A stretch of 48,048 bases of DNA from an uncultured Anaerolineales bacterium (lineage in GTDB: Bacteria > Chloroflexota > Anaerolineae > Epilineales > JAHCIE01), in NCBI GenBank assembly GCA_964557745.1, contig CAZLBQ010000002.1, forward strand, positions 1-48,048, given 5' to 3'. The position numbers were made by a program, and so were the translations under genes. Below are positions 23,830 to 33,501 of this stretch, one piece after another. The notes beneath the pieces are model-generated. The model did not search any database. It saw only the letters and a program-made list of their open reading frames with translations, and was not told the DNA's origin. Numbering within the stretch: position 1 is the stretch's first letter; each line of letters begins with the position of its first letter.

Positions 23830-24873
23830 TTATTGGGCAGGCTCCGGGGTGGGGAGCGTGGGCGTCAGCGGCGGCGCGTAGGGGCTGGGCAGGGCGCGGT
23901 AGGCTAGCGTCCACACCGCTTCCTGGAAGATCGCCCACCACGTGCCCAGCAGGGCAAAGACCACGAGCAGGATGATAAAGCCTGGCAGCGCGGCCAAGAT
24001 AGCCGCCCAGGTCAGGTTGGTCAGCAGGAAGGTGAGCAAGCCCGGCCCACCGGCCAGGCCAAAGCCAATCACCCCGCCCACAATCGCCAGGAACACTGCC
24101 CACAGAATACCCACGCCCAGCAGAATGATGATGAGCAACACCAGGTTGCCCCAATTGGCGCGGAAGAGATGCCAACCCGCGGCAATGCTGTCGAACACAC
24201 CGGCGTCCCGAATCACCACGTGCCGCTGCGCCAGATTGCTGACCGTGGTAGTGATGATGAGCAGCGGGATGAGCAAGAGCAAGAACAGGCAGCCGAAGGC
24301 GATAGCCACGCCGCCGAGGGCCGCATTACCCGAGTTGCCCTGACCGCCGAATGCCAGACCGGTCCCGGCGATGATCCCCGCGCCTGCCAGAACGAGGGCA
24401 ATGACGAGCAGCGCCCCCAGGAAGCTCACAATGAACGTGGCGGCGAAGGTGCGCCAGGCGAAGCGCGACCAGCCGAAGCCCCAGCCCTGGCGGACACTCG
24501 TCGGCTGCCCCTCCTCCACCTGGTTGATCATGCCAATCAGCGCCGCCCGCGACACGTACTGGATGATGATGCTGACGATGCTGAGGACCAGGATGAGGGC
24601 GACCAGGCCGAGGCCGAGGGCCACCAACGTCTGGGGCGAGAGACGGCTGAAGGCCTGGCCGATTTGATCGGGGTTGAAGCCCGGCGGCAGGCCGGGAATG
24701 GCGGGAATGCCTTGCCCACCGGGGGTCGGAGTGGCTGGGGTACCGCCACCTCGTCCCCCGCCCCCGCCTCCGCCCCCGGCGGTCGTCAGGGCGAGCAAGA
24801 AGCCGAAGAGCCACATCGCCCGCTGGCGAAACGCGATCTCCACACTACGACTGATGATGCGGCCGAAGTCCAT
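23830..24873 (-). CDS. polytopic membrane protein, paralogue B (uncharacterised family)
   Basis: 347 aa. MDFGRIISRSVEIAF..., poly-Gly/Pro loop. Conserved blocks shared with A: SR.ALIGM..QVE..Q.TSVR.GWG.GWSRFAWR.F and R.AGV..S...GW.LFRANWGN. GGGAGG RBS. Confidence 0.75.
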   Translation of the reverse strand: MDFGRIISRSVEIAFRQRAMWLFGFLLALTTAGGGGGGGGRGGGTPATPTPGGQGIPAIPGLPPGFNPDQIGQAFSRLSPQTLVALGLGLVALILVLSIVSIIIQYVSRAALIGMINQVEEGQPTSVRQGWGFGWSRFAWRTFAATFIVSFLGALLVIALVLAGAGIIAGTGLAFGGQGNSGNAALGGVAIAFGCLFLLLLIPLLIITTTVSNLAQRHVVIRDAGVFDSIAAGWHLFRANWGNLVLLIIILLGVGILWAVFLAIVGGVIGFGLAGGPGLLTFLLTNLTWAAILAALPGFIILLVVFALLGTWWAIFQEAVWTLAYRALPSPYAPPLTPTLPTPEPAQ

Positions 24874-24982
24874 CTGTTACCTCCCTCGAGGGCATGAGGC
24901 CATTGCACGACGCTCTTGAATGACTCTACGATTCACATCGCGCCGGGTTGCTCGTGTGATACCGGGAAAGGGCGTCAGGTTC

Positions 24983-26260
24983 TCAGGTGGAGGTAGCGGG
25001 GAGCGCGCCGAGGCCGGCGTAGAGGTCGATAATCTCGTCGGCGACATTGGACCAGGCGTAGCGTTTGGCCGCCTCCGCCGCGCGGCGGCCAAAGGCGCGG
25101 CGCAGCGGCTCGACCTGGAGCAGGAATTCCAGGCGGTCGGCGAGCACCTCCGGCTGCTGGTCGGGCACCAGGAAGCCGGTCACGCCATCCTCGACAATGT
25201 AGGACAGCCCACCGACATCCGAGGCGATGACAGGCGTCCCACACGCCAGGGCTTCGACGGCGACCATGCCAAACGACTCGTAGTGCGACGGCACAACGAC
25301 CGTCTCGGCCGCCGCGTAGTACAGCGGCAGCGAGGCCTGGTCCTGCTTACCCAGGAACGTCACCAGGTCTTCGGCTCCCAGTTCAGCCCGCAGCGCCTGC
25401 AAGCGGTTCATCTCGGCTGACATCTTGGCCGGGTCATCACTGACGTCGCCGCCGATGATGGCCAACTCGACCTCACCGCGTAGGTCCACGCGGTGCTTGA
25501 AGGCCAGGGCCATCGCCTCAATGAGGGTGTCGATACCCTTAAGCGGCTCGATGCGGCCGACGAACAGGACGAGCTTATGGTCGGGCGGCAGGCCCAGCGC
25601 CGCACGCGCCTCGGCTTTCGGGATGGGGTGGAACAGGTCGGTATCGACGCCGGGGGGAATGATGCTGATCTTGTCGGGGTCGGCCCCGTACAGGCGGACC
25701 ATCTGGGCCATGTCGCGGGGCGTCGCCGCCACAATGCTGTCGGCCCAGCCCATGATCTGGCTCTCGATATAGTTGCGGTGGCCGACCTCGCGCTCCTCCG
25801 GCCGCCGCGCTACCAGGTCCTTCATCCGCCCCAGGGTATGGAACATGTGGACCATCGGCGCGGGGTAGAGGGATTGCAGGGCATGGGCGACCCAGCCCGA
25901 CAGCCAGTAGTGGCTGTGGTAGACGTTGTAGCGGATGCCCTCATCGTGGATCAGGCAGCGCACGCCCTCGACAAACTGGGGGATGTAGTCCCAGATAAGT
26001 TCCTTGGGATAGGGTGACTCGGGGCCGCACTTGACGTGGATGACGCGGACGGTCGGACCCAGGTCCGAGTCGGGGATGTGGGGTATCTCCGGGTTCTGCG
26101 AGCGGGTGAAGGCATCCACGAAGAAGCCGCGCCGGCCCAACTCGCGGCTCAACTCGCGGACGTAGACGTTCATGCCGCCGGTCTCTTTGCCGCCCAGCGC
26201 CGCCAATGGGCAGGTATGCACGGACAGCATGGCGATACGCGGCGCAGCACCGTCAACCAT
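24983..26260 (-). CDS. GT4-family glycosyltransferase, MshA-like
   Basis: RIAMLSVHTCPLA.LGGKETGGMNVYVRELSRELGRRG at the N-terminus and a GT1/GT4 C-terminal E..FG.V..EA.A.G.PV motif. ATG at 26260 has AAGGAGAGG upstream and lies 12 nt after the upstream gene's stop. Confidence 0.88.
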   Translation of the reverse strand: MVDGAAPRIAMLSVHTCPLAALGGKETGGMNVYVRELSRELGRRGFFVDAFTRSQNPEIPHIPDSDLGPTVRVIHVKCGPESPYPKELIWDYIPQFVEGVRCLIHDEGIRYNVYHSHYWLSGWVAHALQSLYPAPMVHMFHTLGRMKDLVARRPEEREVGHRNYIESQIMGWADSIVAATPRDMAQMVRLYGADPDKISIIPPGVDTDLFHPIPKAEARAALGLPPDHKLVLFVGRIEPLKGIDTLIEAMALAFKHRVDLRGEVELAIIGGDVSDDPAKMSAEMNRLQALRAELGAEDLVTFLGKQDQASLPLYYAAAETVVVPSHYESFGMVAVEALACGTPVIASDVGGLSYIVEDGVTGFLVPDQQPEVLADRLEFLLQVEPLRRAFGRRAAEAAKRYAWSNVADEIIDLYAGLGALPATST

Positions 26261-26271
26261 CACCCCTCTCC

Positions 26272-27282
26272 TTACGTCCGCCTGACCTTCAACCGCCGCA
26301 CTTGCGTATCCTTCCCCCCAAAGCGATACTTGTACTCCTCGTTGCCCTGAAGGAAGTCGAAGACGCGCAGCCCCCGCGCGATGGCGTCCTGAATACACAG
26401 GCACAACAGGACGATGCCGCTGCTCAGGTTCGAGCGGTACGCCGGGTCATAGCCGGAGTTGTAGACCAGTACCTGGTCGTGGTAGCGAAAGTTGTACATG
26501 GCGGCGGCGGGCCGCTCGTCAATCGTCAGCAGGCACAGCTCGACCCAACCCGCCGCGCCCAACACATCGGTAATGGCGCGGAAGAAGCCCGCCATGCGCT
26601 CGTCCATGAAACGCGCCTTGTCCGTATGGCTCAGGCGGTGGAGGACGAAGAAGTCGTCGAGCGCGGCCATCAGCTTGGGCCCATCTTTGTAGACGTGGTA
26701 GGCGTACTGCGCTTCTTCCTGCATCTTACGCAGCTTGCGGCGCGCCTCGTGACGCTGGTGCTTGTTCAGCGTCGCCAGGTACTCGTCCCACGTGGCGGGC
26801 AGGGTAATGATGGGGCACACGTCTTCGGGGGTTTCGACGGCCTGCCAGCCGCGGGCCTGAGCGAGCGCAGGCAGGTGAACAAGGCTGGGTGAGGCGGCGG
26901 GGACGTTGCACAGGTCCAGTTCATCCCAGGCGTCGGGCTGCCCGGCCAGAGTGTCCAGCACGGCAGCGAGAACGACCCCTTCCTGACCCTGCCGGGCGAT
27001 GATGTCCAGGTAGTCGGACACGTCCTCGCAGCCGACCAGGGACAGCGCTCGCTGTCCCGGCTCCCCGGTCGCGTAGAACGGGGCAATACCTGCCAGGCGG
27101 CCGCCGCCGTCGCGCACCGCCAGGACCAGCAGGTCGCCTTCGCCCAACTGCCGCCACCACGTCGACTGCCACTCCCACGTCAGGAACAGGGTATCCGCCG
27201 CACTGTCGGCGAGCAGGGCATTCCACTCAGGCCGCAGACGGTCGAAGACAGAGGCATCGGAGAAGACCTGGACATGCATCAT
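26272..27282 (-). CDS. CelD/BcsL-type (FemAB-like) GNAT acyl/aminoacyl-transferase
   Basis: 336 aa. W..L......TLFLTWEWQ..WW..LG and C-terminal D.LQGNEEYKYRFG.K, characteristic of the Acetyltransf_6/CelD family. Confidence 0.8.
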   Translation of the reverse strand: MMHVQVFSDASVFDRLRPEWNALLADSAADTLFLTWEWQSTWWRQLGEGDLLVLAVRDGGGRLAGIAPFYATGEPGQRALSLVGCEDVSDYLDIIARQGQEGVVLAAVLDTLAGQPDAWDELDLCNVPAASPSLVHLPALAQARGWQAVETPEDVCPIITLPATWDEYLATLNKHQRHEARRKLRKMQEEAQYAYHVYKDGPKLMAALDDFFVLHRLSHTDKARFMDERMAGFFRAITDVLGAAGWVELCLLTIDERPAAAMYNFRYHDQVLVYNSGYDPAYRSNLSSGIVLLCLCIQDAIARGLRVFDFLQGNEEYKYRFGGKDTQVRRLKVRRT

Positions 27283-27288
27283 GGTTCA

Positions 27289-27317
27289 ATTATAGTCCCC
27301 CGCAGACAAAGGCGAAA
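27289..27317 (-). promoter_or_regulatory. possible promoter giving a leaderless mRNA for the GNAT-GT4 operon
   Basis: Minus strand: TATAAT (27294-27289) is only 6 nt upstream of the ATG at 27282. The -35 (TTTCGC, 27317-12) is weak. Confidence 0.35.
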
Positions 27318-27381
27318 CCCCTCGGACGCCAAGCCGCCCCGCATGGCAAGCGGGGCGGGGCCAGACGGCGGAGGGACAGGA

Positions 27382-28083
27382 TTACGCGCTCGGCGGCAGC
27401 ATCGGCGCGAGTGGCGCCGGGCCGACCTGACCACGCTGGCCCTGGGCGACCTGGCCGTACAGGTGATAGCTCAGCACACCCGCGACGAAGGCGAGCCACG
27501 GCGCGGGTAGACCACACAGGACGCCGGAGACGAGCGACGCGATGAGCGGCAGCACGATGGCCGCCAGGAAGGCCAGCAGGTAGGGCGTGAGATTGTCGCG
27601 GATGAGCGCCCAGACCTCGCCGATCTTGAAGGCGGCGGCGATGTCCTGATGGGTAACGTAGCGCAAAATGGCAGCAGGCGAGAAGAAGGCGGCGAACAGC
27701 GCCAGCGGGATGGCGAGGCAGCCCAGGCAGGCCAGGAAGGCGTTGAGACTTGGGTTGGGGTTCGCCTGCCCACCGGAGGCGCTGCCGCTCACCGCCAGCC
27801 CGGCGACGCCCATGCAGCAGGCGATGAGGATGACCGGCAGGGCGTAGACCAGGCTGATGACAATGGCGGTCGCGCCGCGCACAAACAGGCCGCCCCAGTC
27901 GTCCCAGGCAGGCAGGCGATCGTCGCCCGCCGCCGCGCGGCGCATTACGTCAACCTGATAGCCTTGCACCAGGAAGACGGGAACTATCAGAAAGGAGAGC
28001 AGAACCATGACGCCGCCAATGAGAATCTTGACGAGCCAGTCGGAGTCTTCGGAGAGGGTGCGCCAGGCGCGCGAGAAATCCAT
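27382..28083 (-). CDS. DUF4013 family membrane protein
   Basis: MDFSRAW....DSDWLVKILIGGVM.LL..L.VP.F...GY.V.V.R......D.LP.WDDWG.LFV.G, typical of DUF4013. AGGAGG lies 5 nt upstream of the ATG at 28083. Confidence 0.8.
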   Translation of the reverse strand: MDFSRAWRTLSEDSDWLVKILIGGVMVLLSFLIVPVFLVQGYQVDVMRRAAAGDDRLPAWDDWGGLFVRGATAIVISLVYALPVILIACCMGVAGLAVSGSASGGQANPNPSLNAFLACLGCLAIPLALFAAFFSPAAILRYVTHQDIAAAFKIGEVWALIRDNLTPYLLAFLAAIVLPLIASLVSGVLCGLPAPWLAFVAGVLSYHLYGQVAQGQRGQVGPAPLAPMLPPSA

Positions 28084-28112
28084 GTCATCCTCCTTGAATG
28101 AGCGCTGGGCGG

Positions 28113-28140
28113 AGTATACCAGAAAGGGGACAAAGCGCAA
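28113..28140 (-). promoter_or_regulatory. candidate promoter of the DUF4013 gene
   Basis: Minus strand: TTGCGC (28140-35), 16-nt spacer, TGgTATACT extended -10 (TATACT = 28118-13). Confidence 0.5.
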
Positions 28141-28158
28141 ACTTTGTCGCGCCGCCGG

Positions 28159-28188
28159 TTGCACCCGTGTGTGGGCTATGCTATAATT
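28159..28188 (+). promoter_or_regulatory. candidate radA promoter
   Basis: TTGCAC (28159-64), 18-nt spacer, TGcTATAAT extended -10 (TATAAT = 28183-88). Confidence 0.6.
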
Positions 28189-28218
28189 GACACATCCGTT
28201 CTAGAACGAGAACAGTCT

Positions 28219-29649
28219 ATGCCTAAGCTACGCACCCGCTGGATCTGCCAGCAATGCCAGAGCGTCCAGGCCAAGTGGAGTGGCCGCTGCCCCGAGTGCG
28301 GCGAGTGGAACTCCCTGGTCGAGACGGTCGTCGACGAGAGCAAGACCGCCCGCGCCAAGACGCTGTTCATGGCGTCGGCGACGGGCAGCCAGCCGCAGCG
28401 CCTCGGCGACATCGCTGCGGACTCGCTGACCCGCCTCGAATTGCCGACCCAGGAGTTCAACCGCGTGCTGGGCGGCGGGATCGTCCCCGGCTCGCTGGTC
28501 CTCATCGGCGGGGATCCCGGCATCGGCAAGAGCACATTGCTGTTGCAGGTGTCGGCGCTGATGGCGCAGCGGCTCAAGCCCGTCCTGTACGTATCGGGCG
28601 AGGAGTCGGCGCGCCAGGTGAAGCTGCGCGCGGACCGTCTGGGGGTCGACGCCGACGACCTCTACCTGCTGTCGGAAACCAACCTGAACAGCGTCATAGA
28701 GCAGGCGCGCCAGCTCAAGCCCCGCCTGCTGGTCGTCGACTCCATCCAGGCCGTGTACTTGGATGAGCTTGAGTCGACGGCCGGCTCGGTGTCGCAGGTC
28801 CGCGAGTGCGCCTCGCGCCTCATGCACCTGGCGAAGGGCGACAACATCCCGATCTTCGTCGTCGGCCACGTCACGAAGGCTGGGGCCATCGCCGGCCCGC
28901 GCGTCCTGGAGCACACCGTCGATACCGTCCTCTATCTGGAGGGCGAGCGCTTCCACTCCTACCGCCTGCTGCGCTCGGTCAAGAACCGCTTTGGCTCGAC
29001 CGACGAGGTGGGCGTGTTCGAGATGCGTCGTGAGGGGCTGGCGGAAGTCCTCAACCCCTCGGAGGCCTTCCTGGCCGAGCGCATGACCGCCGTCCCCGGC
29101 TCGACTGTCGCCGTAACGGTCGAAGGGACGCGCCCGCTGCTGGTCGAGGTCCAGGCGCTGACGAGCGCCACCGCGGCCGCCCTGCCGCGCCGCACGGCCA
29201 ACGGCATCGACCCTAACCGCCTGCTCCTGCTGACGGCGGTGCTGAGCAAGCGCGTCGGCCTCAAGCTGGCCGTCCAGGACATCTTTGTCAATATTGTCGG
29301 CGGGCTGCGCATCACCGAGCCGGCCGTCGATCTGGCCGTCGCCGCCGCCATCGCCTCATCGCAGCGCGGCATGCCCGTCGCGCCCGACCTTGCCATCTTC
29401 GGCGAGGTGGGTCTGTCAGGCGAGTTGCGGTCGGTCGGCCACACCGAGCGGCGGCTCAACGAGGCGGCCAAGCTGGGTTTCAAGCGCGTGCTGATGCCGC
29501 GCCACCCCCGCAACGCCGACCTGAGCGTGCCGCCCGACCTGAAGGTCATCAGCGCCCGCTCGCTGGGTGAGGCGCTGGACGTCGCGCTGCAGAACTCCGG
29601 GCCTCGCCCGCCGGTCGCTGCGGCCCATCCCGAGAGCGACGACACCTAG
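28219..29649 (+). CDS. radA: DNA repair protein RadA/Sms
   Basis: N-terminal zinc finger CQQCQ...CPECGEWNS, Walker A GGDPGIGKSTLLLQ, KNRFG motif, C-terminal Lon-like domain. Start at the ATG at 28219. Confidence 0.95.
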   Translation: MPKLRTRWICQQCQSVQAKWSGRCPECGEWNSLVETVVDESKTARAKTLFMASATGSQPQRLGDIAADSLTRLELPTQEFNRVLGGGIVPGSLVLIGGDPGIGKSTLLLQVSALMAQRLKPVLYVSGEESARQVKLRADRLGVDADDLYLLSETNLNSVIEQARQLKPRLLVVDSIQAVYLDELESTAGSVSQVRECASRLMHLAKGDNIPIFVVGHVTKAGAIAGPRVLEHTVDTVLYLEGERFHSYRLLRSVKNRFGSTDEVGVFEMRREGLAEVLNPSEAFLAERMTAVPGSTVAVTVEGTRPLLVEVQALTSATAAALPRRTANGIDPNRLLLLTAVLSKRVGLKLAVQDIFVNIVGGLRITEPAVDLAVAAAIASSQRGMPVAPDLAIFGEVGLSGELRSVGHTERRLNEAAKLGFKRVLMPRHPRNADLSVPPDLKVISARSLGEALDVALQNSGPRPPVAAAHPESDDT

Positions 29650-29664
29650 AGAAGCGCCCAGACA

Positions 29665-29697
29665 AGACCCGCAGGGTTCGACAAACCCTGCGGGTCT
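29665..29697 (+). terminator. palindromic hairpin downstream of radA (AGACCCGCAGGGTT-loop-AACCCTGCGGGTCT)
   Basis: 14-bp stem, 16 nt after the radA stop. Same consensus as 8852-8885. Confidence 0.6.
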
Positions 29698-29718
29698 ATA
29701 GACATCGGCGGCGCTGCG

Positions 29719-29747
29719 TTGACATTACCTCCCGAGTGTGATACACT
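29719..29747 (+). promoter_or_regulatory. candidate promoter of the PIN/TRAM gene
   Basis: TTGACA (29719-24), 17-nt spacer, TGaTACACT extended -10 (TACACT = 29742-47). Implies a leader of about 200 nt. Confidence 0.55.
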
Positions 29748-29953
29748 TTTCGTATCATTTCATCATCCATCATCTGCACTTATCCCGTCCCTCTATCTTC
29801 CTGGTTCCGTATGGGGTATGGCCGAGGCGTTATCGTTTGCTCCGCCATGTTGATGTCATCTCTGTCCGAGGGTTCCGGCTGTGATCGCATGGTAACGCGG
29901 ATTTGTCGCCCGTGACACGAGCGAGTCGCCTGACCATACCGAGGTAGAGACGG

Positions 29954-31024
29954 GTGGGAGGTACTGTGAGCCTCGCCCTCGTCAAGTGGGTCGTGCGCAT
30001 CCTGGGCCTGTTGGTGCTGGCCGCCGTAGGATGGAGCATCGGCCAGTCTCTCGATCTCCAGGTTCCGATCCCCTTTGTCCAACTGAAGTACGTCCTCGCG
30101 GTCGTCGGTGGGTTGATTGGTTTCTTCGTGACCGAGCATGTCACCCTGTATCCGCTGCTGGCCCTCCAGCGCGAGATGCGCCGCGTCCCCATCCAGAGCC
30201 TGCTCGGCGCGACCATCGGCCTCGCCGTGGGCCTCCTGCTCTCGCTGCCGTTGGCCTACGCAGCCCAATTCCTGCCACTGTCGTTGGGCAACGTCGCGCC
30301 GGTGGTGATTTCCGTCGCCCTGGGCTACCTGGGCATCATGGTCGGGCTGACCCGCCACAAGGACATCGCCGCCCTGCTGCCAACGCGGCGCTCGCGCCAT
30401 GCGAGCAGCGAGGCCATCCTGCTCGATACATCCGTCATCATCGACGGGCGCATCGCCGATGTCGCCCAGACGGGCTTTATCCAGGGTACGCTCCTGGTGC
30501 CGCGCTTCGTCCTCAACGAGTTGCAGCATATCGCCGACTCGCCCGACACTCTGCGCCGCAATCGGGGGCGGCGCGGTCTAGACATTCTCAACAAGCTCCA
30601 GAAGAACGACCGGGTGCCCATCGAGATCAACGACATGGACGCCGAGGAGGCCCGCGAGGTAGACGCTAAGCTCGTCCAACTTGCCAAGCGGCTCCAGTGC
30701 CCGGTCCTGACCAACGACTACAACCTCAACCGTGTCGCTGAGCTGCAGGGCGTCCGCGTCCTCAACATCAACGAACTGGCGAACGCAGTCAAGACCGTCC
30801 TGCTGCCGGGCGAGTCGCTCAAAGTGCGCATCATCCAGGAAGGCAAGGAAATCGGGCAGGGCGTCGGCTACCTGCCCGACGGCACGATGATCGTGGTCGA
30901 GAATGGCCGCCGCTACCTCAACAACAGCCTGGACGTCACCGTGACCCGCGTCCTCCAGACCGTCCAGGGCCGCATGATTTTCGCTGCGCCGGCCAGTACT
31001 AATGGGACGGCTAAAGACGAGTGA
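29954..31024 (+). CDS. PIN/TRAM domain membrane protein (YacL-like)
   Basis: 356 aa, GTG start. Four N-terminal TM helices, PIN domain (LLDTSVIIDGRI.D...TGF..G.L.VP.FVL.ELQ..ADS), C-terminal TRAM (V.V.RVLQT..GRMIFA). radA-yacL adjacency as in Bacillus. Confidence 0.85.
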   Translation: MGGTVSLALVKWVVRILGLLVLAAVGWSIGQSLDLQVPIPFVQLKYVLAVVGGLIGFFVTEHVTLYPLLALQREMRRVPIQSLLGATIGLAVGLLLSLPLAYAAQFLPLSLGNVAPVVISVALGYLGIMVGLTRHKDIAALLPTRRSRHASSEAILLDTSVIIDGRIADVAQTGFIQGTLLVPRFVLNELQHIADSPDTLRRNRGRRGLDILNKLQKNDRVPIEINDMDAEEAREVDAKLVQLAKRLQCPVLTNDYNLNRVAELQGVRVLNINELANAVKTVLLPGESLKVRIIQEGKEIGQGVGYLPDGTMIVVENGRRYLNNSLDVTVTRVLQTVQGRMIFAAPASTNGTAKDE

Positions 31025-31036
31025 GGAACAACGGTC

Positions 31037-31711
31037 ATGCCTATCGTAACCCTGTCACGGATGTTGGGGACTACAGGGGACGAGATTGCCGGCCAGGTGG
31101 CGCGCGAGCTAGACGCGCGCCTGGTGACCAAGCATTCACTCTATGGGGCGGCTCAGGAGACGGGCGTGACGCCCCACGTCCTGGCAGAGATTCAGGGCGA
31201 GGGGATTCTCGGCCTGGCCGACCGCATCGTGAACGCCATGCGGACGATGCCGACCATCCCGCGCTCCCGTGGCGCCTCCCTCTTGGACGCCGCGCCGCTG
31301 CCACTGGCCCACGAAGGCTACCTGGCCGACGTGCCGACCCAGTTGGAGGTCGACCAGAGCGCCCGCGTGATCGAGAGTGTCATCCGTAACCTGGCCGAGG
31401 CCGGCAACGTTGTGATTGTCGGGCGCGCGGCCAACGCCATCCTGCGCGACCGGGCGGATGCTCTGCACGTCCAGGTCGTCGCCCCGCTCCCGGCGCGTAT
31501 TGACGCAGTCGCAGGCCAGGAAGGCGTAGCTCCTCGTATGGCCGTGGCGCGTATCCGCACCAGCGACCGCGCCCGCGCCGACTACGTGCGCCGCTACTAC
31601 AACCTGAACTGGTGCGACGCGACCACCTACGACCTGGTCATCAACAGCGCCCGCGTCGATGTGCCGACGGCGGTCAAGCTAATCGTGGACGCCGCCCGAG
31701 CGCAGGCTTGA
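31037..31711 (+). CDS. cytidylate kinase-like family protein
   Basis: 224 aa. +TLSR..G..G.EIA..+A..L and VIVGR.AN.IL and Y.R.YY...W.D...YDLVINS. Confidence 0.8.
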   Translation: MPIVTLSRMLGTTGDEIAGQVARELDARLVTKHSLYGAAQETGVTPHVLAEIQGEGILGLADRIVNAMRTMPTIPRSRGASLLDAAPLPLAHEGYLADVPTQLEVDQSARVIESVIRNLAEAGNVVIVGRAANAILRDRADALHVQVVAPLPARIDAVAGQEGVAPRMAVARIRTSDRARADYVRRYYNLNWCDATTYDLVINSARVDVPTAVKLIVDAARAQA

Positions 31712-31742
31712 CCTCCGTTGCGCCGCCACTTGAGAGACCTGT

Positions 31743-33131
<1,389 letters not shown>

Positions 33132-33156
33132 GCGAGATTGGAAAAAGGTAAGTTCT

Positions 33157-33444
33157 ATGACAGCTTATGTTATTGCCGATGTCGAGGTCAAGGACCCGGT
33201 CACCTATCGAGAGTATGTGGCGGCCGTGCCGGCGACGCTCGCGCCGTATGGTGGGAAGTTCCTCGCGCGCGGCGGACAGACCGAGACACTGGAAGGGGAG
33301 TGGGAGCCAAAGCGATTGGTCATTATCGAGTTCGACAGCGTCGAGCAGGCCAAGGCGTGGTGGGAGTCGGAGGCGTATGCTGGTCCCAAAGCACTGCGCC
33401 GCAGCGCCTCCGTCGGGAAGCTCATCCTGGTCCAGGGTGTCTAG
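33157..33444 (+). CDS. DUF1330 domain protein
   Basis: 95 aa. AYVIADVEV.D...Y.EY.......L..YGG+FLARGG....LEG.W.P.R.VIIEF.S...A..WY.S..Y. Confidence 0.85.
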   Translation: MTAYVIADVEVKDPVTYREYVAAVPATLAPYGGKFLARGGQTETLEGEWEPKRLVIIEFDSVEQAKAWWESEAYAGPKALRRSASVGKLILVQGV

Positions 33445-33501
33445 CGCTCACTCATGTGCCAGACGCAGCAGTTCCGACCATTGCCTGGGTTGGAGTAGGC
33501 T

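Noticed and set aside
29811-29915. 34-codon ORF (MGYGRGVIVCSAMLMSSLSEGSGCDRMVTRICRP) in the PIN/TRAM leader
   Set aside because: It has no RBS, no recognisable motif and atypical codon usage. I kept it only as a remark under the leader finding.
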